A stretch of 46,748 nt of DNA. Source: an uncultured Sulfurovum sp. (GTDB taxonomy: Bacteria > Campylobacterota > Campylobacteria > Campylobacterales > Sulfurovaceae). The stretch covers positions 1-46,748 of the forward strand of contig CACVAZ010000014.1 in NCBI GenBank assembly GCA_902727995.1. The letters are read 5' to 3'. Positions 8,818 through 17,912 of this stretch are shown here, piece by piece. How positions within the stretch are numbered: the first letter of the stretch is position 1; every line of letters begins with the position of its first letter. The position numbers were made by a program, and so were the translations under genes. The notes under the pieces are model-generated. The model was given only the letters and a program-made list of their open reading frames with translations. It was not told where the DNA came from and did no database searches.

Positions 8818-9110
8818 TGTTCTACCCTTGGAAAATAATAGTTTTTATTAGTGGAATTGTATCAAAAAGTTCTGAGTAACAATATGAATGTAATTATCTC
8901 TATTACTTCTAAAAAAAGTAAATAAAGTGTTGATTAAAATCACATTTGTAAAATTGGTTTTTTTACCTATGCTTTTTTACACATTTAGCACACAATTATT
9001 TTCCGAAACAAGCCTTAAAGCACCCAATTCCTTTAAATAAGGCTATTATTGTAAAGTATTTTAAAATACTACAAAATAAAAAAGAATAGTTAAAAACAAA
9101 AGGGGAGAAA

Positions 9111-10994
9111 GTGTTTAAATCATTAATAATAACAAGCCTACTACTTGGCTCAACCGTTATCAATGCTACAGCCAGTGATATGCAAATTAACATTACGAAA
9201 TTCAAAGACTGGGGAAGTGGTTTTTGTTCAAAAGTAAATGTTTACAATCCAAATGAAGCATCACAAACATGGGACATATCTTTTAATCCTGAAGGAAAAA
9301 TTACCAGTGTATGGGATGCTCAGTATACACAAAATGATACTACTTTAGAAACTACAGCTTCAGGTAAAGGTTGGACGACTTCTATTGGAAGCCAAGGAAG
9401 TATTAGTTTTGGGTATTGTGCTAACAAAGTTAAAGAAGTACCTTTAGCTCCAGAAGAAGGAGATTTAATCATAACAGAAACACAAAAAGAAGCATGGGAT
9501 GGAGGCTTTTGTAACAGTGTAGAAGTGAGTAATACGACCAACCATAAAATTGATTGGGACATTACGATACCAGTCGAAGGTAAAATCTCTGCTGTTTGGA
9601 GTGCCAACTATACTCAAGATGCTGAAACATTAGAACTTAATGCCAAAGGTCTTGACTGGAACAATGTCATTACAGCAAACAGTCAAGTCACTTTCGGATA
9701 TTGTGCTAATGAGATAGAAATAGCACCACCTGAAGTAGTAGACCCCATTGATGATGCTGTGGATATGAGTTCTAATATTCCTCTTTTTGATGAGTTTAAT
9801 GTTGGGTTTGGTGGCGCGTATGCCTTTCCGTTTAGCTCAAATGTACACGGAGAGAAAATTTGGGTAAGTTCTGTTAATTTGGTACTTGATGATGACATTG
9901 CAGGAAATGACTATTATAGTAATATTAAAAACTTTAACCCTACAGCTTTTGATAACTTACATAACAGTCTTAAAAAGAGTAAATTTTTAGTCTACTGGGT
10001 AACAGAAGGTTGGGAAGAGTCTTGGTTTAATGCTAGTAAAATTCAAGATGCTATGGATGCTGGGTACATACCTGTCTTTAACTATTGGTACTGGGGAGAC
10101 AAACTAATGCATGGACTTCCAGACAATACTAAAAAAGCAGCTTATACCCTTGACAACCAAAAACTTGTAACCTTTTTAAATAAACTTAATGGAACCAAGC
10201 TTTTAATTATGGAACCAGAATTTAATAAAGAAGTTGTTGTAGATACAGCGTCTAGCCAACATGAATTTGCCTCTATCATGGGAAATGCCATTGATACCAT
10301 TAGAGCTAATACCTCAGAAGTTTACTTCTCTTTAGCCATGACCGACACAGGAAGCAGAGGAGCCAGTGATACTTCTGAGAAATGTGGTTATGAAAATTGT
10401 GCTTTAGGTGATAAGTATGCATGGGATAAACCCTCTATTGTTTACAATGACTTACTTAACAAATTAGATTTCATCTCATTTCAACAAATGATTGGACAAT
10501 TTAGCCGAGACTCATCAAACTCAGGAACATGGGAAAATCCTATACCGAAAGCTTACACAAACGATGCTATTGGGGTAGATTATTTAGCCACAAGAATTGC
10601 CAATTTCAGTCTTTATTTAAAAGAGAAATATAATAAACCTGTGTTCTTACCATATATTTCAATTGCTACAGCAACATGGGCTGATGGGAATGCTAATGAC
10701 AGTATAGAAACTTCAGAACTTGACTACAGTGGGTGGGAAGAAAAAGCAGATAATGTTTACCGAGAGTTATCACTCATGAGAGAGGAACTACAAGAAAAAG
10801 GTCTCTTTGGATTTGCACCAATGGGTCTATTTGATAATCCAAGACATGATGAGGGTGGATACCAATACTTCATGCAAAATGAGTACCATTTAGGAATTAT
10901 TAAAAGTTCTGCTGTAGATGGTGTTGATATTGCAACCAATGGAGATATTAATAGTAAAAATAGTATTATTGAAAATCTATTTGACACACTTTAA
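9111..10994 (+). CDS. Secreted protein with two CBM2 cellulose/chitin-binding modules and a C-terminal TIM-barrel glycoside-hydrolase-like domain
   Basis: Signal peptide; two repeats W(G/D)(S/G)GFC...W...W(D/S)A...W...FGYCAN typical of CBM2; C-terminal domain with YWYWGD, IMEPEFN, LDFISFQ and KPVFLP. Confidence 0.75.
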   Translation: MFKSLIITSLLLGSTVINATASDMQINITKFKDWGSGFCSKVNVYNPNEASQTWDISFNPEGKITSVWDAQYTQNDTTLETTASGKGWTTSIGSQGSISFGYCANKVKEVPLAPEEGDLIITETQKEAWDGGFCNSVEVSNTTNHKIDWDITIPVEGKISAVWSANYTQDAETLELNAKGLDWNNVITANSQVTFGYCANEIEIAPPEVVDPIDDAVDMSSNIPLFDEFNVGFGGAYAFPFSSNVHGEKIWVSSVNLVLDDDIAGNDYYSNIKNFNPTAFDNLHNSLKKSKFLVYWVTEGWEESWFNASKIQDAMDAGYIPVFNYWYWGDKLMHGLPDNTKKAAYTLDNQKLVTFLNKLNGTKLLIMEPEFNKEVVVDTASSQHEFASIMGNAIDTIRANTSEVYFSLAMTDTGSRGASDTSEKCGYENCALGDKYAWDKPSIVYNDLLNKLDFISFQQMIGQFSRDSSNSGTWENPIPKAYTNDAIGVDYLATRIANFSLYLKEKYNKPVFLPYISIATATWADGNANDSIETSELDYSGWEEKADNVYRELSLMREELQEKGLFGFAPMGLFDNPRHDEGGYQYFMQNEYHLGIIKSSAVDGVDIATNGDINSKNSIIENLFDTL

Positions 10995-11006
10995 AAAACA
11001 AATAAG

Positions 11007-11036
11007 TTCTCTGTTATCAAATAAATTGACAGAGAA
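11007..11036. terminator. Hairpin terminator between convergent genes
   Basis: TTCTCTGTTA-N10-TGACAGAGAA. Confidence 0.55.
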
Positions 11037-11064
11037 GTTATTCATAAATTACAACGTAGAGTAA

Positions 11065-11289
11065 TCAAGAGTATTCGTATTTTTTCTCTTTCACTTCAAC
11101 TCTTAATTCATCAAGTTTTTCTTGTAAAATTTCTAGAATCATTTCAGATGACTTCTGTCCATCTACTTCGGGAACATCCCAATGAGAAATTTTCAAATTA
11201 GATTTAAAAAGTGATTCTAATTCATCTTTAATTTCTTCTCTACGATTTTCAATTTCTTGTTCTAGTGGGGTTGGTTTATCGGTATTCAT
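11065..11289 (-). CDS. Hypothetical acidic helical protein (74 aa)
   Basis: AGGAG RBS; ATG start; directly downstream of 11304..11495 on the same strand. Confidence 0.7.
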   Translation of the reverse strand: MNTDKPTPLEQEIENRREEIKDELESLFKSNLKISHWDVPEVDGQKSSEMILEILQEKLDELRVEVKEKKYEYS

Positions 11290-11303
11290 TATGACTCCTT
11301 TTA

Positions 11304-11495
11304 TTAAACTAAGCCTAAATCTTTAAAAATTTCTTTAAAAACACTGTTTACTTCAATTAATTCATCATAGAGTAAGCCAAAAGCTTTGTCTTCTGTTAAC
11401 CACTCTTCAATATGTTTAACACTTTGCGTTTTTTGAGCTTCTGATAATTTCTCTGTTTTATGAATAGCTTCTTTTAATTGTATGTATTTTGGCAT
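11304..11495 (-). CDS. Hypothetical protein (63 aa)
   Basis: AAGGA RBS; TATAAT on the minus strand at 11547-11552. Confidence 0.7.
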   Translation of the reverse strand: MPKYIQLKEAIHKTEKLSEAQKTQSVKHIEEWLTEDKAFGLLYDELIEVNSVFKEIFKDLGLV

Positions 11496-11516
11496 TATAA
11501 ATCCTTTAAATCAATG

Positions 11517-11552
11517 TAAGTATAAGAGACTAATTCTCTTATACTTATTATA
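11517..11552 (-). promoter_or_regulatory. Perfect 13-bp inverted repeat abutting a -10 box
   Basis: TAAGTATAAGAGA-CTAAT-TCTCTTATACTTA (11517-11547); minus-strand TATAAT at 11547-11552. Confidence 0.55.
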
Positions 11553-11696
11553 TTCTTTTTTATTGAATTTCTTCTTGTGATTTTCCAATATTTTTTAGCT
11601 CTTTTACCTCATAATATTTTCTTTTTTTCTTATCTTTATTTTTTATTAAAAATCTAATTTTTTTAGCTATTTTTTATCTTTACTTTTGTTTTTTAC

Positions 11697-11732
11697 TGAT
11701 ATAATTCTCAATAATTACACAAAATGTAATTA
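11697..11732 (+). promoter_or_regulatory. Extended -10 promoter and operator of the peptidase/ATP-grasp operon
   Basis: TGATATAAT at 11697-11705 preceded by periodic T-tracts; TAATTACA-CAAAA-TGTAATTA at 11712-11732. Confidence 0.65.
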
Positions 11733-11777
11733 GATTTATATTTTATAGACAAAATAAGCTAAATAAAAGAAAAAACA

Positions 11778-12878
11778 ATGACATATTTCGACGACTTGAA
11801 GCAAATTATTAATATAAACTCCTACACTAAAAACAAAGATGGTGTTGATGAAGTTTCTAAGTTAATGAGTACTTGGTTTGAAGCTTTAGGCTTTAAAAAT
11901 ATCTCTTATAAACGAGAGACAATTGGGAATCACAATCTCTACTTATCTCCTAAAACGGATGGTCTAAAAATTTTACTGCTTGGACATAATGATACCGTTT
12001 TTCCAGAAGGAAAATTTGAACACTATTGGGAAGATAAAACTTGGATTTATGGGCCAGGTGTTTGTGACATGAAAGGGGGAAATATTGTTGCCCTTCAAGC
12101 ACTGCGTAATATTCATAAAGAAAATGGAAAAATAGAAAACATTGACTTTTTATTGGTCTCTGATGAAGAGAGTGGTTCTGATGACAGTAAAACACTCAGT
12201 TCTAAACTGGCAAAAGACTATGATCTTTGTTTTGTTTTTGAAGCAGCAGGAAAAAACTTAGAAGTGGTCACAGGTCGTAAAGGAGTAGGAACCTTTACCA
12301 TTAACATTGAGGGAAAAGCTTCTCATGCTGGAGTACGTTATGATGAAGGTATCAATGCCAATTTAGAAGCAACTTACAAACTTCAAGCCCTTACCAAACT
12401 GACTAATCTTGAAATTGGAACCACCGTTAATGTTGGGAAAATTACAGGAGGTATTGGGGCAAATACCATTTCACCCACCTGTGAACTGCTTTTAGAACTA
12501 CGTTATACGCAAAATTCTGAGCGTGACCGACTTTTAGATGCTTTAAATGAAATTACCCTTACTTCTTATGTTGAAGGAACAAAATCTTCGCTATCAGGAA
12601 ACATTCAAAGAGATGTTATGCAAAGTAATGAAGCACAAGCAATTTTAATTAAAAAGATTGAAAGTATCTCCAATACAGCTCTTCCAACTGAACAACGTGG
12701 TGGGGTTAGTGATGCTAATATTATTGCCTCCCAAGGTGTAACAACGCTCGATGGCTTTGGACCTTTTGGAGATGGTGATCATACTGTGCATGAAAGAGCT
12801 TTAAAGAGTTCATTTATACAACGTATTGACCTAATGACCAGCATCTTAAAATATCATCAAAAAAATAAAGTACTTTAA
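11778..12878 (+). CDS. M20 family metallopeptidase (glutamate carboxypeptidase G2-like)
   Basis: Metal ligand motifs GHNDTV, GVCDMKGG, DEESGS, VFEAA and GDHTVHE; GGVSDAN. Confidence 0.9.
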   Translation: MTYFDDLKQIININSYTKNKDGVDEVSKLMSTWFEALGFKNISYKRETIGNHNLYLSPKTDGLKILLLGHNDTVFPEGKFEHYWEDKTWIYGPGVCDMKGGNIVALQALRNIHKENGKIENIDFLLVSDEESGSDDSKTLSSKLAKDYDLCFVFEAAGKNLEVVTGRKGVGTFTINIEGKASHAGVRYDEGINANLEATYKLQALTKLTNLEIGTTVNVGKITGGIGANTISPTCELLLELRYTQNSERDRLLDALNEITLTSYVEGTKSSLSGNIQRDVMQSNEAQAILIKKIESISNTALPTEQRGGVSDANIIASQGVTTLDGFGPFGDGDHTVHERALKSSFIQRIDLMTSILKYHQKNKVL

Positions 12879-12903
12879 TTTAAAACTTGAAAAGGAAAAA
12901 CAA

Positions 12904-13815
12904 ATGTCAGAAAAACGTAAAATAGGAATGTGGCTCTATAAAAACTCTGGTGGTGAAAAAATTGCACAAGAGATAACAAAGAAATTAAAAGAACGAGACA
13001 TCGAAACAATTAACGACATTAACTTACGTGATGCCACAGCAAAAAATGGAAATATTATTCATCAAAAGAGCAAGACAAAAGTCAATAAATTAGATCTTTT
13101 TTTCTCTTATAATGCTGGAGAACAAACACAATATCAAACGTATTTATATCAGGCTCTAAACCGTATGATTCCTATGATTAACTCTTATGAAGCATTTGCA
13201 TTAACCGAAGATAAATTTCACACCTCTTTCGTCTTAAGAAATGCTGGAGTCCAAACAGCTGATTACCAGCTTTGTCATCGTGATGACACAGAACAACTTA
13301 AAAAAATCATTAAAAAATGGGACAAAATGGTTTACAAACCTACAGATGGATGGGGTGGTGTTGGCTTAACCAAAATAGAAAGTGAAGACAACCTGAATAT
13401 GTTAATGCCTTTTCTTAACCAAATGGATTTACGTTACTTTTATGTTGAAAGATTTGTAAAATATGATAACACTGATTTTAGGGTTGACATTGTTGATGAT
13501 GAATTCATTGGATGTTATGGACGTAAAGCAGGAAAAAATGATTGGAAAACCAACATTACTTCAGGAGGTTCAATCTTCTTACGCGAACCCAATGATCAAA
13601 TCATTAACATAGCAAAAAAAGCTGCTAAGGCCTGTGGTACAGACATTGCAGGGGTTGACATCATTTACGATCAAGAAAGAGAAGAGTATGTCGTACTTGA
13701 AGTCAATGGAATTCCAGCATTTGCCACACCAGAACAAGAAAAAATGGGTCTAAACTTTAACGACAAAAAAATTGACTTAATTGTTGATTTAATTGATAGA
13801 AAAACAAAAAAATAA
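12904..13815 (+). CDS. RimK-family ATP-grasp amide ligase
   Basis: TEDK, VYKPTDGWGGVG, YVERFV, DFRV, WKTNITSGG, AGVDII, VLEVNGIP. Confidence 0.88.
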   Translation: MSEKRKIGMWLYKNSGGEKIAQEITKKLKERDIETINDINLRDATAKNGNIIHQKSKTKVNKLDLFFSYNAGEQTQYQTYLYQALNRMIPMINSYEAFALTEDKFHTSFVLRNAGVQTADYQLCHRDDTEQLKKIIKKWDKMVYKPTDGWGGVGLTKIESEDNLNMLMPFLNQMDLRYFYVERFVKYDNTDFRVDIVDDEFIGCYGRKAGKNDWKTNITSGGSIFLREPNDQIINIAKKAAKACGTDIAGVDIIYDQEREEYVVLEVNGIPAFATPEQEKMGLNFNDKKIDLIVDLIDRKTKK

Positions 13816-13844
13816 TTTACCAAACAACAAAGGATAATAAGACA

Positions 13845-15263
13845 ATGGGCTTAAGTAACAAAGAACTACCAAAACTAGGTTTTTTATACATGGATTATGT
13901 ATTAAGATTTTTCGACCACTCAAACTTTAAAGGGTGGCCAAATAAAATAGAGACCGTAACCTATCACTGGAAAAACGATAAAGAGAGATTTATAAAAGAG
14001 GTTAAAAGAAAGAAAATTGATGTATTAATCGGTAATATTCCAGCGACTGCCTATGAAACATTTAGAGAAATTGCACGTGAGCTTCCACATGTACGTTTTG
14101 TTCCATCATTGGACACACAGTTTTCAAACAAATCAAAAGAAAATGTAACCCGTTTTGCATGGAAATATGATTTACCCATTCCTAAAACATATGTTTATTA
14201 CAACCGACCAAATGCTGACAAATTTTTAAAGAAAACAGAATATCCAAAAATTGTTAAAATGTCTTATGGTCCATCGAACTATGGTGGATATTTTGTTCAT
14301 AAAGTTGATTCATATACTGAAGCCAAAGAGCTTTTTGCTGAGAAAAAATATCACCCAATGTATTTCCAAGATTTCGTACCCATGGAAGCTGATATTCGTG
14401 TCATGTTGATTGGTCATAAACCTGTTTGTGCCTTCTGGAGAAGAGCTCCTGAGGGTGAGTGGTTAACCAACACCAGTCAAGGTGGAGAGATGGACTATAT
14501 GAATGTTCCTAAAAATGTTCTTGACCTTGCTGTCAAAGTTTCCAAATCTGCCAATGCTGAATACTGGGCATGTGATGTTGCCTACGGAAAAGATGGTAAA
14601 GTAAGAATCTTAGAGTGTGCTACAGCTTTTGCTGCGTTCCCTTACATCAGAGATTGGATTGGTCAATACCTGATGTGGAGTCTAAGCGAAGGTCGTTTTA
14701 GAAAACCACATATGCCAATGTTTAACTGGGAAGAGTTAAGTAAAATCAGCCCTGATTTACTTAGAACCATGAGACACATTACCTTTGGTGAGTACAATCC
14801 TTCTTATGATGGTGCTTATTTTGGTAAAAAGAAACGCGTACATGGTGATGCTGAAGTTTACATGCATGAGCTTGATTCTACGTATAAAATGTTCGATATT
14901 AAACCAAGAACATTCGAAGAGTGGCCAAGTGAAAAATGGAACTACCAAGACAAGTTTCCTCTTAAAAGCCTAAAATCTATGAAAGTCCCTGCCCTCAAAA
15001 AAGAAATTGAACCTGAAATAAGTGCTGATGAGTCCAATGTAGAATTTGTTAAAATTTCTAATGAAGACCTAGAATCATTTCTTCTTTCTATAAAAGGTTT
15101 TGGTAAAAAGAAATTAAAAAAGATCTTAAAGCATTATACTCATGCTGAACTTATCAATATTTTGGATGTTGAACCGAAAATTTTAAAAAATATTAAAAAA
15201 ATTGATAAAAAAATAATGAATAAAATAGTCGTTAAATGGAATAAGAATAAAACATCTCATTAA
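13845..15263 (+). CDS. RimK-like ATP-grasp protein with a C-terminal helix-hairpin-helix module
   Basis: SNKSKE, PKT, YPKIVK, YFQDFVP, DIRV, WLTNTSQGG, WACDV, ILEC; C-terminal LLSIKGFGKKKLKKI...LKNIKKIDKK. Confidence 0.82.
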   Translation: MGLSNKELPKLGFLYMDYVLRFFDHSNFKGWPNKIETVTYHWKNDKERFIKEVKRKKIDVLIGNIPATAYETFREIARELPHVRFVPSLDTQFSNKSKENVTRFAWKYDLPIPKTYVYYNRPNADKFLKKTEYPKIVKMSYGPSNYGGYFVHKVDSYTEAKELFAEKKYHPMYFQDFVPMEADIRVMLIGHKPVCAFWRRAPEGEWLTNTSQGGEMDYMNVPKNVLDLAVKVSKSANAEYWACDVAYGKDGKVRILECATAFAAFPYIRDWIGQYLMWSLSEGRFRKPHMPMFNWEELSKISPDLLRTMRHITFGEYNPSYDGAYFGKKKRVHGDAEVYMHELDSTYKMFDIKPRTFEEWPSEKWNYQDKFPLKSLKSMKVPALKKEIEPEISADESNVEFVKISNEDLESFLLSIKGFGKKKLKKILKHYTHAELINILDVEPKILKNIKKIDKKIMNKIVVKWNKNKTSH

Positions 15264-15322
15264 CCTCTATATTGGTATCTATCTGTTAAAATTTCACCTA
15301 TTTAAAATAGGAGGAGAGACTT

Positions 15323-17905
15323 TTGAAACAACAATATAAATCTTACGATGAAGGCTGTGCCTTTCTTAAAAACTGTGTTGAAAAATACCCCAATATTATA
15401 TCTATTCAAAATATTGGGTCTACTTGGGAAAATAGAGATATCATGTTAGCTACGATATCTTTGGATGTTGCTTATGCCAACCTAAAACCAGCACTTCTCT
15501 ACACTGGTACTGTTCATGCTCGTGAATGGATAGGACATGAACTTGCGATTGAGTTTATTGACTATATTCTTAAAAACTATGAAAACAACCCTAAGATTTT
15601 AGAAACTCTAAGTCAAAATACCCTCTACATTGTGCCATGCCTTAACCCTGATGGATTTGAGTACAGCCGTAAACATTTTTCTTTTTGGCGAAAGAATCGT
15701 CGAGATAATGGAGATGGAACTTATGGTGTTGATTTGAACCGTAACTTTGAAATAGGATATCGGAAATCAGATCAAACTTCAAGTAATGTCTATGGTGGTC
15801 CTCATCCTTTCTCAGAACCTGAGACCCAAGCCATTAAAAACTTTGTTGATGAACATAAAAACATTAACATTGCACTCGACTACCATTCACAAGGAAATGT
15901 CTTCTTTCCTGCTCATAAATTTAACCATGAAAGTGAAATAGAGGGTACGGACATGAACGCACTTTGTGCCAACATGAACTACCATATTCATAAAGTCACG
16001 GGTCGTCATTATGGAATAAACCGTGGAAAGCCACCTACCAAACTCATTTCTGGTTCAGGACGTGAATATTACTACTCTAAGGGAATTATTGCCATTGTCG
16101 TTGAAGTGGGAACACGTAACATTCCCGATTACATGCACAATATGTCCGAGTCGGTTAAAGAGAATATTCCTGCCTTGCTTTATGCTTTAAGTGAAGCTAA
16201 AAGTTATGGAAGAAAAGCCCCTAAGAGAATTGATAATTTTCACCTAGAAAACTTCTCTTCGAATGATTGTACACTGGCTTGGGAATATGAAGCTAATCCT
16301 AATATTTATTTTGAAATTTACCGAAACCTGAATAACAAAATGGCTTGTAATAGCTCTTCACTCATAGGTATTACCTCTAACCAAGAGTTTACTGATGAAA
16401 ACCTACAGAGTGGTACGATGTATTTTTATTACATCAGAGCCGTGCATAAACTTTCAAAAATAAAATCACCTTATCCCCCAAAAGTAAAACTCAAAACACT
16501 TTTGGACGAACATGAATTTTCAAGAACTATTTTTCCTCATACTTCTGATGTAGGTTATGTTGCTCAAAAATCACCAGAAGCGAACCATGGGCATTTTGGC
16601 GTTAATTCACTTAAAGTTGGTGTCAGCCAAGGGCGAGGTATCTCTTATGGTATTATGTCTTTTGATTTGGGAAAAATTCCTAAAGATGCCATTATCTTAG
16701 ATACTAAGATTTCTCTCTATCCTCTTAATCGTGTCTCAGCAAAAATTGAAAAATATGGCGAATGGTCTTTATCAATTATTGACCAAGATACAGTACCTAA
16801 CATACGTGACTTTGATCAAGTTCATCATGCCAAACATATTAAAACCATTGGAGCAAATATTCCTTCTGAAAAACTCACACAAGGAATTTGGTCACACTGG
16901 GATTGTAATGATACTGAAAATAAAATGATTCAGGAACAATTAAAACAACGTAAAATAACCCTAAAGTTAGAAGGTCCAACAAGCTTACCTGTAGGACGAG
17001 ATTCTCAAGTTATGGTTTTTGATTTAGGCTATGGAAACCAAGGTGGAGGCATACATTATCGACCTTCTATGGATATTAAATATACTGTACCAAGCAAAAC
17101 GGTAACCATTAAGCTTGAAAACTCAATGACCATTGCTCCTGATGGTATTACTCCAGACTCAATGGCATGTGGATTTAATAAAAATGATGAAAAGATTTAT
17201 GCTTTTATGTCTTTTGATCTCTCTTCTTTACCTGATCCTGATGAAGCCATTATTACCGATGCTTGGATTCAACTTGAAAATACTTCAACGGTTAAAAATA
17301 AAGTTGACATTCGTTATAACGTTGAATTTATTGACTTAGAAGAGTTTTCCTATAAAGACATTAAAGACCGAGAACGCATTGAGTTTATTGGCTATGAAGT
17401 AAGTTCTGAAGAGTTAGGCACAAAACAAGAACATAACTTTATTTTTGACCATTTCTCAAAACTGGCATTGGAAGATAAACAGCGAAATAACAGTGAAGCA
17501 AAATTTATTATTCGTCCAACTTCCATGTTAAGCCGTGACCATATAATAAACTGGGCATACAAAGGTAAGGGGGCTGCGAAACTGAAAATAAATTATATTT
17601 GTCGACGTAAACAACCTCTTCCTTCTCCTGTGAACCTTCAAGTGTTTGTTGAAAATAAACTCGTGAAACTTACATGGGATAAAATAACGGATGAAGATTT
17701 AGTTGGATATTATGTGGTTAGAAACCGTTGGCACACTCCTAAAAATCCATTTGATGGGGTTAAGATTTATGGGGGAACAGACAACTATACTTTTGACAAT
17801 TTTGGTTCAACCCATGTAGATAAATATTTTGCTGTGTTTAGTTATGACAATGTTCCTAACTACAGCCAACCTTCTGATATTAAATATAACGCAAAGAAGC
17901 TGTAA
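15323..17905 (+). CDS. M14 zinc carboxypeptidase with FN3 and two DNRLRE-like beta-sandwich domains; no signal peptide
   Basis: AGGAGG RBS and TTG start; HAREW, NPDG, WRKNRR, GVDLNRNF, PFSEPET, LDYHSQG, VEVG; FN3 signatures (LAW...FEIYR...YYYIRAV; LTW...GYYVVR); two MSFDL..(I/L)P..AII repeats. Confidence 0.88.
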   Translation: MKQQYKSYDEGCAFLKNCVEKYPNIISIQNIGSTWENRDIMLATISLDVAYANLKPALLYTGTVHAREWIGHELAIEFIDYILKNYENNPKILETLSQNTLYIVPCLNPDGFEYSRKHFSFWRKNRRDNGDGTYGVDLNRNFEIGYRKSDQTSSNVYGGPHPFSEPETQAIKNFVDEHKNINIALDYHSQGNVFFPAHKFNHESEIEGTDMNALCANMNYHIHKVTGRHYGINRGKPPTKLISGSGREYYYSKGIIAIVVEVGTRNIPDYMHNMSESVKENIPALLYALSEAKSYGRKAPKRIDNFHLENFSSNDCTLAWEYEANPNIYFEIYRNLNNKMACNSSSLIGITSNQEFTDENLQSGTMYFYYIRAVHKLSKIKSPYPPKVKLKTLLDEHEFSRTIFPHTSDVGYVAQKSPEANHGHFGVNSLKVGVSQGRGISYGIMSFDLGKIPKDAIILDTKISLYPLNRVSAKIEKYGEWSLSIIDQDTVPNIRDFDQVHHAKHIKTIGANIPSEKLTQGIWSHWDCNDTENKMIQEQLKQRKITLKLEGPTSLPVGRDSQVMVFDLGYGNQGGGIHYRPSMDIKYTVPSKTVTIKLENSMTIAPDGITPDSMACGFNKNDEKIYAFMSFDLSSLPDPDEAIITDAWIQLENTSTVKNKVDIRYNVEFIDLEEFSYKDIKDRERIEFIGYEVSSEELGTKQEHNFIFDHFSKLALEDKQRNNSEAKFIIRPTSMLSRDHIINWAYKGKGAAKLKINYICRRKQPLPSPVNLQVFVENKLVKLTWDKITDEDLVGYYVVRNRWHTPKNPFDGVKIYGGTDNYTFDNFGSTHVDKYFAVFSYDNVPNYSQPSDIKYNAKKL

Positions 17906-17912
17906 GGAACGT

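Noticed and set aside
8818-9110. Cobalamin or SAM riboswitch upstream of metH (also checked before metY and metX)
   Set aside because: The leaders are short and very AT-rich with no recognisable conserved riboswitch core; an Infernal/Rfam scan would be decisive
11065-15263. Graspetide (microviridin-type) RiPP cluster suggested by two tandem ATP-grasp genes
   Set aside because: No precursor with a leader and Thr/Ser/Lys-Asp/Glu core repeats, no exporter, and the ligases carry RimK-type TNxxxGG loops
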